From positions 96,001 through 160,000 of the forward strand of contig CBDBOV010000004.1 in NCBI GenBank assembly GCA_965208575.1: DNA of 64,000 nucleotides. Direction: 5' to 3'. Positions 40,761 through 51,232 of this stretch are shown here, in pieces. The first letter of the stretch is position 1. Each line of letters opens with the position of its first letter. The stretch is from Spirochaetia bacterium (GTDB taxonomy: Bacteria; Spirochaetota; Spirochaetia; SZUA-6; Bin103). The translations under genes and the position numbers were made by a program. The notes under the pieces are model-generated. The model was given only the letters and a program-made list of their open reading frames with translations. It had not been told where the DNA came from and did not search any database.

Positions 40761-41128
40761 GCACGCCTATGCACAAGTTCGGAGGCCCGTTGCTCATAGG
40801 TCGCCTTGATCTCCGATACCCTGGCACGCATCTGCGAGCGCATCTTCTCATCCTCTTTCATCGCGGCCAGCAGATCAAACAACGCAAAGAAAGTGTACTC
40901 ACCCAGCGCTTCGATGTTATCTAGCCGTTGACATACCTCCTGCTCGAACCTGTCGAAACGCTGGTCGACCTCATCGAAACGCCTCAGCACCTCCTGTTCG
41001 AACGCGCGCTGGCGTTGGTCTATTGCATCCAGACGCTGGACGATCACGCTCTGGCTCTGCTCGAACGCCCTTTGACGCTCGCCCATTGCATCCAGGCGCT
41101 GAAGCACCTCCCGCTCAAACTCACTCAC
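40754..41128 (-). CDS. Small coiled-coil repeat protein
   Basis: Repeated FE.EVL.R.DA.DQRQ; GGAGGG RBS; upstream TTGACA-N17-TATGAT. Confidence 0.7.
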   Translation of the reverse strand: MSEFEREVLQRLDAMGERQRAFEQSQSVIVQRLDAIDQRQRAFEQEVLRRFDEVDQRFDRFEQEVCQRLDNIEALGEYTFFALFDLLAAMKEDEKMRSQMRARVSEIKATYEQRASELVHRRAS

Positions 41129-41189
41129 GGCAGCCCTCCAATCTCCACATCTGCATCATATCAATGCGCGTAGCACTTGTCAATAGGTA

Positions 41190-42627
41190 GGGTGCGAACG
41201 CCGAAAGCGGTAGCAAATCATTGACTCTGAGGCGGAAAAAAGGTCTACCTACCCCACGACACCACACCATGGGGAGGTAGACCATGAATACGGAAGGACT
41301 TATAACGGCCGCCGAGGGCCTTGTCAAGGAGTTGCAAGGGCGCATCAACGGCGGCCGGATGGATCTCCAGGAGGCGGAAGCCAAGATCCTTGAGATGGTG
41401 AACTGGATCGGCGACGAGATGGTGCAGGAAGTGGTAGCCGGACTCGCGGAGCCGACATCCGCCAACCAGATCACGGTTGGCGGTGAGGTGGCAGTGTTCG
41501 AGCGGGTGCGTAACCTGCGGTTCATCAACCGCTTCGGCGAAGAAGTGGTGCACCCGCGGCGCTGCTACCGGTACCGGCACCGGAGCGGAGGCGTGGCGCC
41601 GCTGGATGTGAAGCTGGGGATCGACGGGTGCTTCGGATTCTCACCGCTGATGACGTACCTGATCTGCATGCTGGGCGCGGATGAGTCGTATGCCGGTGCA
41701 GCGGCAAAACTGGAGGCGATGCTCGGGTTCAAGGTGAGCTCGACGGCGGTGCAGCGCACTACCGAGAAGACGGGAGAGCGGATACCCGATACCCCCGACG
41801 ATCTAATTGATGAGCAGCGTCAGCGGCAGCCATGTTCCCTGATGGTGGTCGAGGTAGACGGAACGACGAGCCCGCAGATCACGGAGCAGGAAGGGATTAC
41901 TGGTCTTGCCAGCCTCCGGGCGCCGACCTGTTACAAGGAGTGCAACCTGATAGTCATCGAGAAGCACGATGATGGCAAGGTGATCGACCGCTGGACCGGA
42001 GGACGCTATGGACCACGCGGTGAGTTTGCCGGCTACGCCGAGCAGGCTGGACTGCGAATGGGCTTCCTGGACGCTCCACGAACGCTGTTCCTCGGTGATG
42101 GTGCACACCACAACTGGGAACTGCAGCAGACCCACTTCCCCGGCGCGATACCGATCCTGGACTACTACCACGCGGCTGAGCACCTCGCCGATTACTGCAA
42201 GCTGCTGTCTGCTACGCTACGCGATGCCGTCGAGCGCAGCTTGTCCACGATGATGTGGGAAGGCGAGGTGCTGCAGATGATCCACGAGATGAAGCGTTCA
42301 CTGTCGAAGGTCACCGATACTGACGAAGCGTGGAAGCAGATCAACTACTTCACGAACAACCAGGACCGTATGGACTATGCCCGTTACCGCGATCTCGGGT
42401 GGCCGATCGGCAGTGGCTTGGTCGAAGGGCAGTGCAAATTGGTTGTCGGTCGACGCTTCAAGGGCAACGGGATGAGATGGCGACCGCACGACAACCGCTG
42501 CGTGCTACGCACCCGTCTGGCTCTGCTCAACGGCGACCTCAAGCGCTATTTCAGTCCTCCTGACGACTGCGAGATCAAAGCGGCCTGATCGTGTCAACCC
42601 CTGTTACCGCTTTTGGCATTGGCACCC
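41190..42627 (+). mobile_element. ISKra4/ISLre2-like element 1
   Basis: TIRs GGGTGCGAACGCCGAAAGCGGTA / GGGTGCCAATGCCAAAAGCGGTA; 8-bp TSD AATAGGTA. Confidence 0.9.
41284..42588 (+). CDS. ISKra4/ISLre2-like transposase
   Basis: EVDG, GDGA, LDYYHA and PIGSGLVEG motifs. Confidence 0.9.
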   Translation: MNTEGLITAAEGLVKELQGRINGGRMDLQEAEAKILEMVNWIGDEMVQEVVAGLAEPTSANQITVGGEVAVFERVRNLRFINRFGEEVVHPRRCYRYRHRSGGVAPLDVKLGIDGCFGFSPLMTYLICMLGADESYAGAAAKLEAMLGFKVSSTAVQRTTEKTGERIPDTPDDLIDEQRQRQPCSLMVVEVDGTTSPQITEQEGITGLASLRAPTCYKECNLIVIEKHDDGKVIDRWTGGRYGPRGEFAGYAEQAGLRMGFLDAPRTLFLGDGAHHNWELQQTHFPGAIPILDYYHAAEHLADYCKLLSATLRDAVERSLSTMMWEGEVLQMIHEMKRSLSKVTDTDEAWKQINYFTNNQDRMDYARYRDLGWPIGSGLVEGQCKLVVGRRFKGNGMRWRPHDNRCVLRTRLALLNGDLKRYFSPPDDCEIKAA

Positions 42628-42645
42628 AATAGGTAGGTAGGCTGA

Positions 42646-44179
42646 GGGTGCATTCCGTCAGTGTGGTAGCGGTCAGGCAGCCTCAAGCTGGATCTGGTTG
42701 GATTCTGGGGTGGGCGATGAGGGCAACAGGCTCTCGAAATCGTCCCAGAAGCGACGGCTCTTCGCCGAAGCGCGGAGCTGAAGCATCTCCTTGGCTCCGT
42801 CCAGCGACCAAGTCATCCCACTCTGCTTCATGCGCTTGGCGACGACGTTCTTGCAGGCTCCCTCGACTACACCGCTGCCGATCGGCAGACCGCACGATCG
42901 ATACAGCGGGTAGTCCATGCGGTGCTGGTTGGCCGTGAAGTAGTTGATCTCGCCCTGGAGGTCGTAGCACTGCTTCTCGCTGTAGCGGCCACTGACGTGC
43001 AGTTCCTGCAGTTCCTTGATTACGGCGGCGACGCAGCCCTTGCGCAGCAGGCTGCGCCAGCGCTTGAAGGATCTCTTGAACTGCTCGCTGCCCTCGCCGT
43101 ACAACACCTTGCCGATCTTCCCCAAGTGGTCGCAGGCATGCCAGAAATCGAGGATGTGCCAGACCTTCTGCCCGGGTTCGGACAGCTGGGAGACCCGGTC
43201 CCATATCCAATGCGCTCCATCGCCCAGAATCACCAGCACCAGCGCTGCCAGGTGAGCGCTGCGCCGGCTCATTTCCACCTCGATCCGGGGAAAGAACTCA
43301 TCAGCATGCTCGATCCCGGTGACACAGGAGGTCTTGGTGCAGTGCGCTGCACCCTCCCGGTCCACCTTCACCGCTGATACCGTCGCTACCTTGGAGTCCC
43401 GAAACACGCGATCGTAACTCTTTTTCCCATCTTCAGTTACCCGCTCGTTCGCGCGTGTCGCCACCTTCCCCGCGTCGATGCCCACGACCATCGTCCCGGT
43501 GATCTCTTCGCGCACCGCCACCGGCTCGTCGGCACGCTCGACAATCTCCCGCTGGCGTTGCTCCGCCAACCCGTCAGTAACCGCCCGCACCATCTCGAAC
43601 GCCTTGTTCATCGACACCAGCTCCCGCCCGTCAGGCCGCAACACCTCGTGGAATTGCGCCAGACCCTGCTCGTAGGACTGCTCGGCGCACCACCGCGCCA
43701 TGAAGTACTGGCACCCAGGCGTGTACCCGCCCGCGATACCCAGTTGCTCTGTCAGCGGCACCCACCCCTTGCCACCGCCACCGAGCGGCGCGTAGTAGGC
43801 GCGCACCAAGGTGATCACGCCGAACAGCCCATGCAGCGTCTTCCGCCGTCTCCCGACAAAGCGGTACCGAACCTCGCCGCGGGTTGCGCGCGCACCGACA
43901 TACCCATCACCGACTTGCTCACACCAGCGTTGCATCGCTGCACGTCCCGCAGCCACCAGGCACTTCAGCATACCGAGCTCCGCGGCGAGCAGATCCCGTG
44001 GTCCGCTGCACGGGTTCAGGTCAATCCCGCACCGGGTCTTGCAAAACCGGAGCAACTCCGTTACCAAGGTCTCACTCATTTTGGTCCCCTCCCAGAGACA
44101 GGTCGATGTTTACCACATCACCGAATCTCTGGTCTCTGGGAGGGTTCCTATTCCGCTACCACAGAGAAAGAATGCACCC
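42646..44179 (-). mobile_element. ISKra4-like element 2, copy 1
   Basis: TIR GGGTGCATTC; 9-bp TSD GTAGGCTGA. Confidence 0.92.
42673..44079 (-). CDS. ISKra4-like transposase
   Basis: GDGAHWIW, LDFWHA and GLPIGSGVVEGACK motifs. Confidence 0.92.
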   Translation of the reverse strand: MSETLVTELLRFCKTRCGIDLNPCSGPRDLLAAELGMLKCLVAAGRAAMQRWCEQVGDGYVGARATRGEVRYRFVGRRRKTLHGLFGVITLVRAYYAPLGGGGKGWVPLTEQLGIAGGYTPGCQYFMARWCAEQSYEQGLAQFHEVLRPDGRELVSMNKAFEMVRAVTDGLAEQRQREIVERADEPVAVREEITGTMVVGIDAGKVATRANERVTEDGKKSYDRVFRDSKVATVSAVKVDREGAAHCTKTSCVTGIEHADEFFPRIEVEMSRRSAHLAALVLVILGDGAHWIWDRVSQLSEPGQKVWHILDFWHACDHLGKIGKVLYGEGSEQFKRSFKRWRSLLRKGCVAAVIKELQELHVSGRYSEKQCYDLQGEINYFTANQHRMDYPLYRSCGLPIGSGVVEGACKNVVAKRMKQSGMTWSLDGAKEMLQLRASAKSRRFWDDFESLLPSSPTPESNQIQLEAA

Positions 44180-44188
44180 GTAGGCTGA

Positions 44189-44758
44189 GGGTGCGAACGC
44201 CGAAAGCGGTAGCAAATCATTGACTCTGGGGCAGAAAAAAGGTCTACCTACCCCACGACACCACACCATGGGGAGGTAGACCATGAATACGGAAGGACTT
44301 ATAGCGGCCGCCGAGGGCCTTGTCAAGGAGTTGCAAGGGCGCATCAACGGCGGCCGGATGGATCTCCAGGAGGCGGAAGCCAAGATCCTTGAGATGGTGA
44401 ACTGGATCGGCGACGAGATGGTGCAGGAAGTGGTTGCCGGACTCGCTGAGCCGACATCCGCCAACCAGATCACGGTTGGCGGTGAGGTGGCCAGGACCGT
44501 ATGGACTATGCCCGTTACCGCGATCTCGGGTGGCCGATCGGCAGTGGCTTGGTCGAAGGGCAGTGCAAATTGGTTGTCGGTCGGCGCTTCAAGGGCAACG
44601 GGATGAGATGGCGACCGCACGACAACCGCTGCGTGCTACGCACCCGTCTGGCTCTGCTCAACGGCGATCTCAAGCGTTACTTCAGTCCTCCTGACGACTG
44701 CCAGATCAAAGCCGCCTGATCGTGTCAACCCCTGTTGCCGCTTTTGGCATTGGCACCC
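44189..44758 (+). mobile_element. Internally deleted (non-autonomous) copy of element 1
   Basis: Both ends intact; ~868 bp of the transposase removed; flanks GTAGGCTGA / GTAGGCTGG. Confidence 0.9.
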
Positions 44759-44772
44759 GTAGGCTGGCACCT

Positions 44773-45980
44773 CAGCAATTCTCGGTGAGCGGCGGTTGAC
44801 GGCCTGAGGCGGATGTCTGGGGCGCCGGCACGGCAAGGTGGTGGCGAGAGCACGTCGGCAGAACGAACCGGGCGGCGCAAACGGGCGGATTCCGGGTAGG
44901 ACTCGGTTCAGCGAGCCGTTTCTGACGATGGATGGCACGTTTCGACCGCTGGGAGAGATGCGTTGCAAGGTTGTCGGGGCGCACCGGTCGGTGGCCGTGG
45001 CATGAATCGGGACAAGCTGGGGCACTAGCGATCCTGATAGGGCGGCAACGGCTGCGGTGGCGAGTTCATGCGCACCAGCACCTGGTCCCAGGAGGTAAAC
45101 AGAAACAGCCGGAAGGCGGAGCGCACCTCGTCCCAGAACGCACGGCGGGAACTGAAGAAGGTGCGGACGCGCTGATACAGGCCGTCCACCAGTTCAAAGA
45201 TCTGGTGCATGAAGAAGGCGAGCAGGTTGAGCGTAAACAACGCCTCTGACAGGTGCTGGTGGCCGTGGCCGAAGTTGTGCTCCAGGTGATAGCCCTGGTT
45301 CTTGAGCGTGTTGAAGCCTTCGTTCTCGATCTTCCAGCGTGCCCGCGCGGCGCGCACCAGTTGCACGATGTTGTCGGCGGTGGGCACCAGGTCGGTGACC
45401 CAGGCGTTGCGAAGGTTCACCTTGCCACTGTCTGCGACGATCCGGAACTGGATGAAGTTGATGCGCGGAGCGTTGCGGCTGCCGTTCAGGGGCACATCGG
45501 TGACCCACTCGTACTCGCGGCGTTCGCCGCGGTGGTGGGTATGGTGGCGGTCCAGCAGGTTGCCGCGGCGCAGGCCGTCGATATCCTGGTAGAGGGATTT
45601 ATGGTCTCCTTCTTTGGCGACCAGCAGGAACGAGAAGCGCGCCGCGCGCAACCGCTCGACGAAGGGCTGCTTGGAGTAAAGACTGTCGGCGACGATAATT
45701 GCCGCCATGCGCGGGTAGTCGCCACGGAGCCGCTCCAGCATCCGGCAGCCGGCATTGATTTCGCAATCCTGCTTGTGGTACTTGCCGCCTCTGCCGTCAC
45801 TGTTGCGGATGAACTCGGGAGCAAGGGGGAGCACTTGGCGCTTGTCCGGGTGCACGATGGCGGCCTGCAGGATGTCATGGTGATAACTCGTGACGCCGGC
45901 TTTGGTGGTGGTCAGGCAGTGCTCGCAGTGGACCGAGTCGGAGTCGAAATAACGTGACCCATCGAGCGTGATATCACGCT
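44773..45980 (-). pseudogene. 5'-truncated ISNCY/IS4-like DDE transposase with intact downstream end
   Basis: LDGS, CEHC, KQDCE, ADSLYS and RARWKIENEGFNTLK motifs (stop at 45025); end-like GAGAATTGCTG at 44773. Confidence 0.8.
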
Positions 45981-46172
45981 GAAAGATTCGTGATCTGACT
46001 GGGGGCTGGGCTGGGCTCGACAGTGCGTCAGTTTGAAATCTACACCGCCTCCTGGTGCTTGCGGTGTACGGTGGTAAGTGATACGTTCGACTCACAACGC
46101 ATTGTAGCTACGCCGCCTGAGGCCCCCCTTGTTGTACGTCGGAAAGGCCAGCGACCCGCCTCGTATAGCTTG

Positions 46173-47645
46173 TCAGGTTTTGTCGGCAAACAACTCGTCT
46201 GCTTCCGGCATTGCGTGTTGCGCGTCAGGCTCTGATCCGTTCTTCGCAACCAGCGCGGCTTGCGTCTCTCGGTACTCTCTCGCCTCCGGGATAAGAGTAA
46301 ACTGGGCCGTTACACCTTTGGCACGAATAAACGACTCAACTTCGCCCAGAGACACGTTGCAGAAGTACTCCTTTCTGTAGTTCACGAGATTTACGCGACG
46401 GTCCTCAAAGTGTTCGTGTAGAGACCGCTCCAACGCAGGTGCATCCTCGGAGAACATCATCACATGCATATCAAACGGAAACGGAACCGAGGCGTCGCTA
46501 AGCTCTTTGACACGATCCATGGGCTCCATCCTCCGTGTCATACCAATCTTCACCACATCATCGCCAAAAGACCCCTTGTTCGAGAGCACATAAACGAACC
46601 CAGACCTTGTTAGCTGTGCTCGTGCTTTCACTCGTTCCCGTCGGCCGTGTGCCTCTCCTACTTTGTGCTCTAAGGAGGCGATCTGCTTTATGAGCCTTTT
46701 CAGCTGCTCTCCTGTTGCCGCGTCCGCTTCGGATCGCGCCTTAGCCAGCGCCGCTAGTTGTCGTTCTTCCTCGCGTGCTGCTTCTGCCTCGGCCTTCGCT
46801 AGTTCCCGTTCGGATCGTGCCTGCTCTCGCATTTGTGTTCGATGCTCGCGCTCTTGCTCCTTTTCCTCGTTTCTCTTGTCTTGGTACTCGTGTGTCAGCC
46901 TGATTTCGGTGAGTTTCTCCTTCAGATAGGTAGTGGAAATCGACATCTTCATGACTTCGCCCAGCTTATTGATGTCGGCATAGGATTTCTCTACGCGCCT
47001 CACCATTTTAGTTGCGTTGTTCCATCTGACCTTTGCTACGGCGGAGTCACATTCTCCATTGAATGCACGAAGCATCACCTTGGTGTACTGCCTCTCCATT
47101 CTTTTCCCGGCCGCTCGGCTTCCCTCAACGGTCCAATTTCCGGGCGTCCGTACCGCTCCACCCTTGCGGATCAGCTGCCGCTGCCGATCTCGGCAACTCT
47201 TCAGAGCAACCTTGTAGTCCTCAGACGTATCGAAAGTGAAATGCGGTCGGTATAGTCCGAAGGAGACGTCCTCCAGGTTTTCTTCAAGAAGCGCTATTTC
47301 TTCCTCTAATCGCGTGTACTTGTGTCGTGCTTTCCTGTACTGGTTCGTAAGTTCTGTCCGCTTTTGTCTTTCCTCAGCAACGATGGACTGATGGCGTTTT
47401 CGTTCCGTTAGATGATGCTTCTCCGCACGCTCAATTTCTCCTTTTATTTCTTCAGTCTGTGCGCGCAAACGCTGCTGGACGACTTCCGCCTCCGCTTCCA
47501 GGTCGATGATGGCGCTAAACCGCTTTGCGAATGACGCATGTTCCGCTCTCTCTGCTTTCAGCATCGCCAAGCACCTGAACCAAGCGACGGTCAGTCCGGC
47601 TATCCCCGCTAATGCGACGAAAACAGCGATCATCGTCTCATCCAC
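46173..47645 (-). CDS. TM + coiled coil + DUF4041 + T5orf172/GIY-YIG nuclease
   Basis: N-terminal TM; LRAFNGECD; GFVYVLSNKGSFG..VVKIGMTRR..P.DRVKELSDASVPFPFD. Confidence 0.92.
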   Translation of the reverse strand: MDETMIAVFVALAGIAGLTVAWFRCLAMLKAERAEHASFAKRFSAIIDLEAEAEVVQQRLRAQTEEIKGEIERAEKHHLTERKRHQSIVAEERQKRTELTNQYRKARHKYTRLEEEIALLEENLEDVSFGLYRPHFTFDTSEDYKVALKSCRDRQRQLIRKGGAVRTPGNWTVEGSRAAGKRMERQYTKVMLRAFNGECDSAVAKVRWNNATKMVRRVEKSYADINKLGEVMKMSISTTYLKEKLTEIRLTHEYQDKRNEEKEQEREHRTQMREQARSERELAKAEAEAAREEERQLAALAKARSEADAATGEQLKRLIKQIASLEHKVGEAHGRRERVKARAQLTRSGFVYVLSNKGSFGDDVVKIGMTRRMEPMDRVKELSDASVPFPFDMHVMMFSEDAPALERSLHEHFEDRRVNLVNYRKEYFCNVSLGEVESFIRAKGVTAQFTLIPEAREYRETQAALVAKNGSEPDAQHAMPEADELFADKT

Positions 47646-47849
47646 AAATCATCTCCCGCTTTCCGGTCGCAAGCCTCTTGCCTACCATCGCCGGGCGGCA
47701 CGGAACACGGCGCGGCGAGTCACCCGCGCGGCAAGGGGAAACACAGCATGCGCGCCAGTCGTCACATCGCTGCCTGGAATGAGGACTTTCTCTACTCGCT
47801 GCTCACTACTTGAGTAAATCCACTCAGTCGATTGCCCTGAGATACGCTC

Positions 47850-48045
47850 CCTTGATCCTCGCGTTACATACCGGAGACCCGTTATCATGTGCACAGGTAG
47901 GGACTTGCGCCAGCGATCTCTTATAGAGATACAACGGATCGCCGGGAGCGGAGGAGCGCTGCCATGCTCATAAATGATGTAAGGAACTGTACTTACAAGC
48001 GTCGACTGCCTCCGGTCCTTCGGAAGGCGGCTTAGGCGAGGATTT
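47850..48045 (-). repeat. Dispersed 196-bp repeat, copy B (inverted)
   Basis: Matches 27453-27648. Confidence 0.85.
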
Positions 48046-48055
48046 AGGCGCTCCG

Positions 48056-49589
48056 GGGTGCATTCTTTCTCTGTGGTAGCGGAATAGGAACCCTCCCAGA
48101 GACCAGAGATTCGGTGATGTGGTAAACATCGACCTGTCTCTGGGAGGGGACCAAAATGAGTGAGACCTTGGTAACGGAGTTGCTCCGGTTTTGCAAGACC
48201 CGGTGCGGGATTGACCTGAACCCGTGCAGCGGACCACGGGATCTGCTCGCCGCGGAGCTCGGTATGCTGAAGTGCCTGGTGGCTGCGGGACGTGCAGCGA
48301 TGCAACGCTGGTGTGAGCAAGTCGGTGATGGGTATGTCGGTGCGCGCGCAACCCGCGGCGAGGTTCGGTACCGCTTTGTCGGGAGACGGCGGAAGACGCT
48401 GCATGGGCTGTTCGGCGTGATCACCTTGGTGCGCGCCTACTACGCGCCGCTCGGTGGCGGTGGCAAGGGGTGGGTGCCGCTGACAGAGCAACTGGGTATC
48501 GCGGGCGGGTACACGCCTGGGTGCCAGTACTTCATGGCGCGGTGGTGCGCCGAGCAGTCCTACGAGCAGGGTCTGGCGCAATTCCACGAGGTGTTGCGGC
48601 CTGACGGGCGGGAGCTGGTGTCGATGAACAAGGCGTTCGAGATGGTGCGGGCGGTTACTGACGGGTTGGCGGAGCAACGCCAGCGGGAGATTGTCGAGCG
48701 TGCCGACGAGCCGGTGGCGGTGCGCGAAGAGATCACCGGGACGATGGTCGTGGGCATCGACGCGGGGAAGGTGGCGACACGCGCGAACGAGCGGGTAACT
48801 GAAGATGGGAAAAAGAGTTACGATCGCGTGTTTCGGGACTCCAAGGTAGCGACGGTATCAGCGGTGAAGGTGGACCGGGAGGGTGCAGCGCACTGCACCA
48901 AGACCTCCTGTGTCACCGGGATCGAGCATGCTGATGAGTTCTTTCCCCGGATCGAGGTGGAAATGAGCCGGCGCAGCGCTCACCTGGCAGCGCTGGTGCT
49001 GGTGATTCTGGGCGATGGAGCGCATTGGATATGGGACCGGGTCTCCCAGCTGTCCGAACCCGGGCAGAAGGTCTGGCACATCCTCGATTTCTGGCATGCC
49101 TGCGACCACTTGGGGAAGATCGGCAAGGTGTTGTACGGCGAGGGCAGCGAGCAGTTCAAGAGATCCTTCAAGCGCTGGCGCAGCCTGCTGCGCAAGGGCT
49201 GCGTCGCCGCCGTAATCAAGGAACTGCAGGAACTGCACGTCAGTGGCCGCTACAGCGAGAAGCAGTGCTACGACCTCCAGGGCGAGATCAACTACTTCAC
49301 GGCCAACCAGCACCGCATGGACTACCCGCTGTATCGATCGTGCGGTCTGCCGATCGGCAGCGGTGTAGTCGAGGGAGCCTGCAAGAACGTCGTCGCCAAG
49401 CGCATGAAGCAGAGTGGGATGACTTGGTCGCTGGACGGAGCCAAGGAGATGCTTCAGCTCCGCGCTTCGGCGAAGAGCCGTCGCTTCTGGGACGATTTCG
49501 AGAGCCTGTTGCCCTCATCGCCCACCCCAGAATCCAACCAGATCCAGCTTGAGGCTGCCTGACCGCTACCACACTGACGGAATGCACCC
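48056..49589 (+). mobile_element. ISKra4-like element 2, copy 2
   Basis: Same 1534-bp length and TIRs as copy 1; 9-bp TSD GGCGCTCCG. Confidence 0.93.
48156..49562 (+). CDS. ISKra4-like transposase
   Basis: Protein identical to 42673-44079. Confidence 0.92.
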   Translation: MSETLVTELLRFCKTRCGIDLNPCSGPRDLLAAELGMLKCLVAAGRAAMQRWCEQVGDGYVGARATRGEVRYRFVGRRRKTLHGLFGVITLVRAYYAPLGGGGKGWVPLTEQLGIAGGYTPGCQYFMARWCAEQSYEQGLAQFHEVLRPDGRELVSMNKAFEMVRAVTDGLAEQRQREIVERADEPVAVREEITGTMVVGIDAGKVATRANERVTEDGKKSYDRVFRDSKVATVSAVKVDREGAAHCTKTSCVTGIEHADEFFPRIEVEMSRRSAHLAALVLVILGDGAHWIWDRVSQLSEPGQKVWHILDFWHACDHLGKIGKVLYGEGSEQFKRSFKRWRSLLRKGCVAAVIKELQELHVSGRYSEKQCYDLQGEINYFTANQHRMDYPLYRSCGLPIGSGVVEGACKNVVAKRMKQSGMTWSLDGAKEMLQLRASAKSRRFWDDFESLLPSSPTPESNQIQLEAA

Positions 49590-49758
49590 GGCGCTCCGCC
49601 CCCGCTGGACCTGCTCAAACGAGGTCGATAGAATGGCCTGCAGGGGCCTGCTGGAACCGCTCAGCGTTCGTCATAACCAGTTAGGATTGGAGCCCCGGTC
49701 TCGCTCAATAGGCTGCCGAGCCAAGCCACCGCGCAGAGTACCGCCAGGAACACGACAT

Positions 49759-50397
49759 TCATGTAGCCCCTACTCCGAGGAATATCTTCAATCCTTCCGG
49801 GGCATCGTGAGCGTTCAGCACAAGCCACCCCGGCTCGTAGTCGTGCCGCTCACCATCAAGAACATGCCTCAGCTTCCGCTCGTCGATCAGGATGGTCTCG
49901 CCACGGTCACAGTACACAACGGCCATCAGCGACTCTGCCATCCTTGGAGGCTGGTTCATCATCACGAAGAAGTATCCACTCTTGTCTCGCACGATCACTG
50001 TTGGATCGGGCGGCCCCTCTATGCCGGCCCGGCGCAATCGTTCACGCTCTATCTGGATTCCCTCCTGCCGGCCTCGCTCCATACCTTCTTCCAGCGCTTG
50101 TTGCTTGGTCTGCCTAAGCAGCACCTTCGTGATCCCCACGATGAACCCCTCGATCGCGCCACATCCCAGGATTGCTCCCGAGACGTAGCTGTTCAGGTAC
50201 TCGACAATAGCGCCCAAGAAGTACAAGAGGCTCTCCAGGCACCATCCCTTTCCCTGCTGCACGGTGCTACCTATCGAAAGCACCAGCCCGACAATTACGA
50301 CGGTCTCGACGATCCCCAAATAGAACGGGAAGCGTCGAGCCGACACATCAAGCAACGACACCTGATCGTCACTTCTTCTACCTCGCCCCAACCCCAT
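49759..50397 (-). CDS. Hypothetical membrane protein
   Basis: Hydrophobic N-terminal half; EEGMERGRQEG segment; upstream TTGACA-N17-TAGGTT. Confidence 0.55.
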   Translation of the reverse strand: MGLGRGRRSDDQVSLLDVSARRFPFYLGIVETVVIVGLVLSIGSTVQQGKGWCLESLLYFLGAIVEYLNSYVSGAILGCGAIEGFIVGITKVLLRQTKQQALEEGMERGRQEGIQIERERLRRAGIEGPPDPTVIVRDKSGYFFVMMNQPPRMAESLMAVVYCDRGETILIDERKLRHVLDGERHDYEPGWLVLNAHDAPEGLKIFLGVGAT

Positions 50398-50594
50398 TGT
50401 ACCAGAAAACCACCTGATTCGTATACCACTAACACGTCTAACCCCTGGACTAATAGAGACTTACGGAGACTATGCCTCCAACCTATCACCTTGACCATTT
50501 TCTGTCAAGCTCCCCACCGGGCTTGGTCGGACCGGAGTTGGCATGGGAGAAACACGGGTGCGAGCGTATACTGGGCGACGTAATCTTTGAGGGG

Positions 50595-50780
50595 GGCGCG
50601 AAGTAGGCCGGCGATGCACTGGTGTAGCGCCTGCGGGCGAACCCGTTGTCAAGCTTGGTCCCGAGGCCCGTGGCGTTGTTATTGGTGAGGGTCGACTCGC
50701 GGCGCTGTCGCTGTTGATCCATCCCGATAAGGAGAATGCTCAGTTTGCTTCACGCCTCGGCCGCTCCTCTCATTCCCAGG
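50595..50780 (+). ncRNA. IS110 left non-coding end, putative bridge RNA
   Basis: ~190-nt non-coding stretch directly upstream of an IS110 recombinase; positional inference only. Confidence 0.45.
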
Positions 50781-50788
50781 GAGGAGTC

Positions 50789-51232
50789 ATGGCACGACGC
50801 AAACGCGGAGGCAGACGGAGCGGCAAAGGCAATCGCTCGACGCAACCGCAGGAGGTGCACCCCAACGCGGCCGGATTGGATGTGGGCGCCACCATGGTAT
50901 ATGCGGCGGTACGCGCTGAGCGTGCCGAACAGCCGATCCAATCATTCCCGACGTTCACGTGCGATCTGCATGCCTTGGCCGATTGGCTGAGCGCCTGCCA
51001 AGTAGACACGGTGGCCATGGAGTCGACCGGCGTCTACTGGATTCCGGTCTATCAGATCCTGGAAGCACGCGGCTTCGAGGTGGTGCTGGTCAACGCCCGC
51101 CACGTGCGCTCGGTGCCCGGTCGTAAGAGCGACGTCGAAGACTGCGAGTGGCAGTGTTGTCAGCACTCGGTAGGGTTTCTGCGCGGTTCGTTCCGACCGC
51201 CTGACGAGGTGTGCGCGGTGCGCTCCTTGTTG
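50789..51232 (+). pseudogene. IS110 recombinase, N-terminal DEDD domain only
   Basis: AGLDVG, MESTGVYW, VNARH and RKSDVED motifs; truncated. Confidence 0.9.
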
